Virus record (IMG/VR): IMGVR_UViG_3300043399_001317
Origin: an uncultured virus (IMG/VR IMGVR_UViG_3300043399_001317)
Lineage: Duplodnaviria > Heunggongvirae > Uroviricota > Caudoviricetes
Direction: 5' to 3' (one strand)
DNA: 20,000 nucleotides
Shown: positions 15,052 to 20,000 of the stretch, one piece after another
Position numbering within the stretch: the first letter of the stretch is position 1
Layout: each line of letters starts with the position of its first letter
Notes under the pieces: model-generated
The model's input: the letters and a program-made list of their open reading frames with translations, nothing else
Database searches by the model: none
Told to the model about the DNA's origin: nothing
Translations under genes and position numbers: made by a program

Positions 15052-15894
15052 ATGGAACTAAGGGAATTTATAAAAGAAACCATTCGTGAATGTTTGAATG
15101 AACAAAAAACCATCAGAAATGTTAAATATAAGAAATCCTTTGATGAAGATAGAACTAAAATAACAGCATTCTTAGATAATAAGAAAGTTGGTTCGATATC
15201 AATGGAAACACTATTTGATGCTTACCAATATGAATTTGATGATGTGTTTGATGAAGATACTTTCGAAGAATTATATCCCGACAGTAAAATTGTTAAAATT
15301 GAACACATTGAAGTTGATGATAAATATAAAAACTATGGTATTGGTTCTGAATTAATGAAACGTGGAATGAAATTGATGAGAAGAAATGGATATAATCAAT
15401 TTTACTTAAATGCTTCACCAATGGGATTCAAAGGACTCGAAACAATGGATTTAGTTGATTTTTACAAAAAATTTGGATTTAAAGAATTGTTAAATCAAGG
15501 ACATAATGTTTTAATGGGTGTTAATTTTAATAAATCTGTTAACGAAACAAAGATGAATAAACCAAAAGAACTATGTAATAATGTTTTATGTTTTAGTAGG
15601 GTGTTGGCTAAAAAGAAATTTATAGCTAAAAATGATAACTTTAAAGTTAGAGTTTTACTAAAAGGCGATGGTGATGAATTAGAAAGAACTTTTGATATTG
15701 AAGTTCCATTAATGACTGGGCTAAGGGATTATTTTGATTCGTCAAAGGAATATAAAGATGCAATGGAGTATTATAAAAATGAAACATCTGTTGAAGGTTG
15801 GAATTTATATGGTGAAGAAACTGAATGGCGAGTAATCTTATATTCAGAAATAGAAGATGTTGTTGAAGATTTAAATATCAAGTCGTATCGTTAA
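15052..15894 (+). CDS. GNAT family acetyltransferase with N-terminal leader and unknown C-terminal domain (280 aa)
   Basis: IEVDDKYKNYGIGSELM (acetyl-CoA binding motif A) and LVDFYKKFGF (motif B). Confidence 0.85.
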   Translation: MELREFIKETIRECLNEQKTIRNVKYKKSFDEDRTKITAFLDNKKVGSISMETLFDAYQYEFDDVFDEDTFEELYPDSKIVKIEHIEVDDKYKNYGIGSELMKRGMKLMRRNGYNQFYLNASPMGFKGLETMDLVDFYKKFGFKELLNQGHNVLMGVNFNKSVNETKMNKPKELCNNVLCFSRVLAKKKFIAKNDNFKVRVLLKGDGDELERTFDIEVPLMTGLRDYFDSSKEYKDAMEYYKNETSVEGWNLYGEETEWRVILYSEIEDVVEDLNIKSYR

Positions 15895-16020
15895 TTTTGT
15901 GTGATGGCGGTTAAAAAATAATATTTTTCATTATATTCATTTATGGTCTCCCCCCCAGAATGGTTATTAATTTCATTTTGTGTTTTGTTATAAATATATA
16001 TTTATGAATTAAATAATTCA

Positions 16021-16542
16021 ATGAATATATTGATAACGGAGAATCAACTTAATGGGTTGGTTGAATATATCAATGAGGGCAAGTATTTTCCAAAAGATTT
16101 GGGTCCTTTCATCTATCATGAAACAAATTATTGGAATGCCATTAACATATTGAAAGAAGGTTTTAAAAGCGGATTTGAACTGATTAAAGGGGAGGGGGAT
16201 AATGGGATATTTTTTTCGGCAACAGATAGGGGTCAAGAGAACGTGACTTATAACCGGGGCAAGAGCGATAAAAGGGTTCGGGTTGAAGTTTCAACGGATG
16301 GTTTGAATTTATTGGACACTGGGAAACTGCCAGTCGACCCGGAATTGTTGTCCTTTCAACAAAAGTGGTATTTGCTTATTAGAAATGCCAAAGAAAATAA
16401 TATATTTCCAGAAGGTTATGATGGGATATTGCATCGCGCATTTAACGGGGGAATATATGAAATAATATTAAAAAAAGATGTTGCAAATAAAAATATGACC
16501 GGCAGGGTTAAGAATTTGAGGGGAAAATATATTGAAATTTAA
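16021..16542 (+). CDS. ADP-ribosyltransferase-like protein (173 aa)
   Basis: IYHET...AINILKEGFK...GIFFS...GYDGI...YEIIL matches the strand order of His-type ART folds, with a candidate catalytic Glu. Confidence 0.7.
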   Translation: MNILITENQLNGLVEYINEGKYFPKDLGPFIYHETNYWNAINILKEGFKSGFELIKGEGDNGIFFSATDRGQENVTYNRGKSDKRVRVEVSTDGLNLLDTGKLPVDPELLSFQQKWYLLIRNAKENNIFPEGYDGILHRAFNGGIYEIILKKDVANKNMTGRVKNLRGKYIEI

Positions 16543-16546
16543 TAAC

Positions 16547-17098
16547 ATGGAACTAAGGGAATTTATAAGGAATGTCATAAGGGAATCTTTGAATGAGCAA
16601 AAATCATTTGATGATGTCAAATTGAACGATAATTTTTGGGAATGGTTTAAAGATTCCAAAGTTAAAGATGATGGGAAACCATTACCTCTATATCATGGGA
16701 CAAGGGCCAAATTCAACATATTCAAACCAAGCAAAAATGTCGGGAATCAAGGTGAAACAGACCAAATTGAAGGTGTTTATTTTACCACAGATAGGGATGC
16801 AGCATCATTTTATTCACTTGCCGATGATGATAGATATGTTAAACAAGTTTTTTTGTCTTTAAAAAACCCATATTTTTCTGATGGCGTCAATGAATTAAAA
16901 CGTGAATTGGGGGTTTCAAAACTAAGCGATGTGAACAAAACGTTAAAGATTTTCGGTTATGACGGTTTAATCATGAGAAAGGGGTTTTATACAATGGGGG
17001 GTCCGCATGTGGCATATATTGCATTTTACCCAAACCAAATTAAATCTGTTCATAATGATGGCAGTTGGGATGCGGATGATGATAACATATATTCTTGA
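16547..17098 (+). CDS. ART-PolyVal-like ADP-ribosyltransferase domain protein (183 aa)
   Basis: FWEWFKDSKV..DGKPLPLYHGT...GVYFT...A..Y...VFLSLKNP...GYDG...YIAFYPNQIKS; start corrected to 16547. Confidence 0.82.
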   Translation: MELREFIRNVIRESLNEQKSFDDVKLNDNFWEWFKDSKVKDDGKPLPLYHGTRAKFNIFKPSKNVGNQGETDQIEGVYFTTDRDAASFYSLADDDRYVKQVFLSLKNPYFSDGVNELKRELGVSKLSDVNKTLKIFGYDGLIMRKGFYTMGGPHVAYIAFYPNQIKSVHNDGSWDADDDNIYS

Positions 17099-17309
17099 TA
17101 TGTTTTCAATCAAAACCTTCAAAGTTGGGTTGGTTTTGTGAGTTAAATTTTGTTCTTATTTTTGTTAGGCATTTGTTGAAATTTGCTATAAAGGTAAATA
17201 TTTTCTGGGATATCCTTGTTATTGCGTCATAAGGTATGTCTTCATCTAATAAGAACGGCTCCGTAAAATTTTGTATTAATTTAATAATTATACAGTGAAA
17301 CATTTTATG

Positions 17310-18119
17310 ATGAATATATTGATTTCAGAAGGACAGATTTTAAATTTGGTTGAAGCGGAGATGGGACGTTTATATCATGGCACATCTGCTGATTTTGATA
17401 AGTTTGATTTATCTTATTTTGGAACAGGTTCTGGTGGGCAGTCTTATGGTTATGGAATTTATTTATCAGATGTTTTAAAAAGCGCAAATGAATATGCCGA
17501 GGAATCTTTTAAAGGAAGCGCCTCAAAATTTTGGTCAAGGTTCGTATCTAAAATGACGTTTTTTTTTGAAGATATAAATATTAATTTAAATATTCCAGCC
17601 ATTTTTTTTCCAGACATGCGGTTGAAATTAATAACGCATGATTATGAAAACATTGATTCAATGATTAATGATTTTTTTGATGTCGTCAAAAAAGAAATTC
17701 CAAAAGAATATATAGAAGATTTCAATGTTTTGAAAGAAGAGGTATTTGAGGAATTGGAATATTTCCCAAAGAAGATAACATATAAAATTGTTCTTAGAAA
17801 GAAAGGCGGGGATTTTAAGTTTTTGAATTGGAATGAAAAGATTGGTTTGGAGCTTGCGGGTTTCTTGCAAAAGGAAATAAATAAATTAAAAAGGAAAAAA
17901 ATGATTGAAAGGGGTTTTAAGGTAAACCCTGAAATGAGCGGAAAAAGGGTTTATCGGGAGGTTTTTGATAAATCAAAATTTATTGGGTATAAGGAAACAT
18001 CTGAATGGTTTAATTCCATCGGATTCGATGGAATTAAAGCAGAAAAAATATTTGGCAGGTCTGAAAATTATTATGTTATATTCGACCCAAGTTTGATTAA
18101 TATTGTTGAAAAGAAATAA
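17310..18119 (+). CDS. ART-like protein of the phage polyvalent-protein type, paralog 1 (~269 aa)
   Basis: LYHGTSADFDKFDLSYFGTGSGGQSYGYGIYLSD...GFDGI...YVIFDP; start at ATG 17310 (or 17307). Confidence 0.78.
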   Translation: MNILISEGQILNLVEAEMGRLYHGTSADFDKFDLSYFGTGSGGQSYGYGIYLSDVLKSANEYAEESFKGSASKFWSRFVSKMTFFFEDININLNIPAIFFPDMRLKLITHDYENIDSMINDFFDVVKKEIPKEYIEDFNVLKEEVFEELEYFPKKITYKIVLRKKGGDFKFLNWNEKIGLELAGFLQKEINKLKRKKMIERGFKVNPEMSGKRVYREVFDKSKFIGYKETSEWFNSIGFDGIKAEKIFGRSENYYVIFDPSLINIVEKK

Positions 18120-18123
18120 GGTT

Positions 18124-18939
18124 ATGGATATATTGATTGATGATATTCAATTTAATAATTTGGTTGAAGCCGAGATGGGGGGTTTATATCATGGCTCATC
18201 TGCTGATTTTGATAAGTTTGATTTGTCTTATATTAAATCTGGTTATGGGGGAACCGCTTATGGTTATGGCATTTACTTAACAGATGTTTTAAAGACAGCA
18301 AACGAATATTCGAATATCACGGCAAAGAGAAAAGCCGATAAAATAAGATTGAGAATTTTCTTGGAAGTTTGGTTTTTCTGTCAAAAAAGCGGGCTAACAA
18401 AAGAATATAACGATTTTGCCGCTTTGAGAAAAAAATTGGTTTTTGCCAATAGTAAAAAAGTAACAAAAAAAGATTACAATATTTGGGTTCAATTGATTTC
18501 TGGATTTCTTGAAGATATGTCAAATAAAATACCAAATGATTTTCTGGATGATTTTAATTCTTTGACATCTTCTATCAATGATAAATTAAAAAATTTGCCG
18601 TTACCCTTACGATATAAGGTTGTTTTAAAGAAGGCTGGGGATAAATTTATGTTTTTAAATTTTGACTCTAAAATAGGTAAAGAAAAAGCCAAATTAATAT
18701 CAGATGCAGCAAAAAAAGATAATTTAAAATATCTTGAGGTAAATGAAGATGTTTATGGGGAGCAAATATATGTTATAGCGGTCGAAAATTATTTTTCCCA
18801 AAAAGAATTTTCTGAATGGCTTATGGATATTGGTTTTGACGGTATAACTTATGCTGATAGGTTTTCTGAGAAAAGCGGTGATAATTTTAACTACGTTATA
18901 TTCGACCCAAGTTTGATTAATATTGTTGAAAAGAAATAA
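18124..18939 (+). CDS. ART-like protein, paralog 2 (271 aa)
   Basis: LYHGSSADFDKFDLSYIKSGYGGTAYGYGIYLTD...GFDGI...YVIFDP; last 45 nt identical to paralog 1; start corrected to 18124. Confidence 0.78.
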   Translation: MDILIDDIQFNNLVEAEMGGLYHGSSADFDKFDLSYIKSGYGGTAYGYGIYLTDVLKTANEYSNITAKRKADKIRLRIFLEVWFFCQKSGLTKEYNDFAALRKKLVFANSKKVTKKDYNIWVQLISGFLEDMSNKIPNDFLDDFNSLTSSINDKLKNLPLPLRYKVVLKKAGDKFMFLNFDSKIGKEKAKLISDAAKKDNLKYLEVNEDVYGEQIYVIAVENYFSQKEFSEWLMDIGFDGITYADRFSEKSGDNFNYVIFDPSLINIVEKK

Positions 18940-18991
18940 TATGGAATATTACTTGGTCAATATGTTTAAATTGGTTTAAAAATTTTTAATT

Positions 18992-20000
18992 ATGCGTTTG
19001 GTTGATATTTTTTCTTCAATTTTAAAAGATCAAGGGGCTTCTTTAATACCCCCTATAAGCGTTGCGCCATTGAATTGGAGGTCTGCCGTTTCCAAAATGG
19101 TGGATTATGCAAAAAGCAAATTAAGGATAAGCCCAGATAAAGTTAGGCTTATATTCCCTTTGAAAAAATGGGAGGAAAACGCTTTGTCCTTACTTAAAGA
19201 ATATGGCATTATTACCGGATATTTCAGGTCGTTGGATGATGCTTTAAAAGTCGTTGATGAAATTGCTGCAAAAGGAATTAAAGCAAAGGAATTGGTTATC
19301 GGTTCGCACGGCCAACAATTTACACTGTTGGCAACGCAACAAATGGGGGGTTATATGTTCGATAATAGTTTTTTGCTTTCCATTAAAAAAATTGTTGCAC
19401 CAAATTGCAAGGTTTTTTTTACCGCTTGCAATGGGGCAGATTTTCTATTAACCCTGAAAGATGCGGCAGAAAAACTGGGGGTTGGTGCATATGGTGCCGC
19501 CGGGCTTTACGATTATGTGTTCAATAAGGCGGACAAGGGTTTTTACTGGTGTAGCGCACAGAAGTATACACCCCCGGTGAAAAAAAGAATTAATGCAATA
19601 AAGCAACTCGGAAACGGTCTAATTTCGGTTTATTTACCAAAAGGGGGTAGTTCGGCCTATTCGACAAATGTACTTAGGTTTACCATACTTGTGAACCGTT
19701 CTGTTTTTGGTGTGGAAATACCCCCAATTGACGGTTTGGGAAGAGTAAAAGAGGTTTTGAAAATTAGTGATTCAAAATATAACCCAATAGAAATTGCTTT
19801 ATATGATTTTTACGCCGAAAATTATATTTACGATTATGCGAAAAGCAAAGGAAGTGATAATTTTTTTCTTAGAAAAAATAAGGAGGTTGGAAATGTAGGG
19901 GAATATATCAAAAATATGATAAATAACGGAAATATTAAAATTGTCGCCCAAACCCCGTCTGGTGAAATGGATATAATGAAAATTAAACCTTATTCAATCC
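18992..20000 (+). CDS. partial gene (>335 aa) with a caspase-hemoglobinase/DUF4347-like His-Cys domain
   Basis: Missing from the ORF track; translated by hand as MRLVDIFSSILKDQ...ELVIGSHG...KVFFTACNGA..., open to the window end. Confidence 0.72.
   Translation, partial: MRLVDIFSSILKDQGASLIPPISVAPLNWRSAVSKMVDYAKSKLRISPDKVRLIFPLKKWEENALSLLKEYGIITGYFRSLDDALKVVDEIAAKGIKAKELVIGSHGQQFTLLATQQMGGYMFDNSFLLSIKKIVAPNCKVFFTACNGADFLLTLKDAAEKLGVGAYGAAGLYDYVFNKADKGFYWCSAQKYTPPVKKRINAIKQLGNGLISVYLPKGGSSAYSTNVLRFTILVNRSVFGVEIPPIDGLGRVKEVLKISDSKYNPIEIALYDFYAENYIYDYAKSKGSDNFFLRKNKEVGNVGEYIKNMINNGNIKIVAQTPSGEMDIMKIKPYSI

Noticed and set aside
15989..16005. T4-type late promoter TATAAATA upstream of the 16021 gene
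   Set aside because: Single occurrence in very AT-rich DNA and not repeated before the other right-arm genes; insufficient support
13908..18692. Minus-strand ORFs in the right arm (13908-14231, 14525-14980, 17106-17303, 17658-17870 and others)
   Set aside because: Mostly antisense to well-supported genes with low-complexity F/I/L composition; 17106-17303 is intergenic but has no supporting signal
19254..19451. 65 aa plus-strand ORF
   Set aside because: Out-of-frame overlap inside the longer 18992->20000 gene
1..20000. Stop-codon reassignment as in some large Bacteroidota phages
   Set aside because: Genes are intact in the standard code, and TAG, TGA and TAA all end genes next to terminators or the following gene

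Overview
Most likely part of a large lytic phage genome with a Bacteroidota host (inferred; no structural or terminase gene lies in the window). Left arm (1-13.25 kb): 24 complete short minus-strand genes plus one partial gene. Nearly every gene or gene pair has its own Bacteroidota-type promoter (TTG-N~20-TAnnTTTG, 22 copies), and many units are separated by one repeated terminator+promoter module (13 copies of one hairpin family, 3 of a second). This looks like a repeat-delimited early/host-takeover gene cassette array. Its cargo includes three pentapeptide-repeat proteins, an ArdC-like protein, a ComM/YifB-like protein with no P-loop, and a truncated beta-clamp-like protein. Centre (13.25-13.85 kb): a non-coding strand-switch region with divergent promoters, C-tracts and iteron-like direct and inverted repeats, a candidate origin or genome-end signal. 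Right arm (13.85-20 kb, visibly more AT-rich, plus strand): an HNH endonuclease, then a GNAT acetyltransferase, four ADP-ribosyltransferase-like proteins and a caspase-fold His-Cys protein (partial). The GNAT and ART-like proteins share two short N-terminal leader families reminiscent of capsid-targeting peptides, suggesting virion-packaged, injected effectors. Many starts in the supplied ORF track run through the repeats and are corrected here. All protein family calls are by eye from motifs, not database searches.
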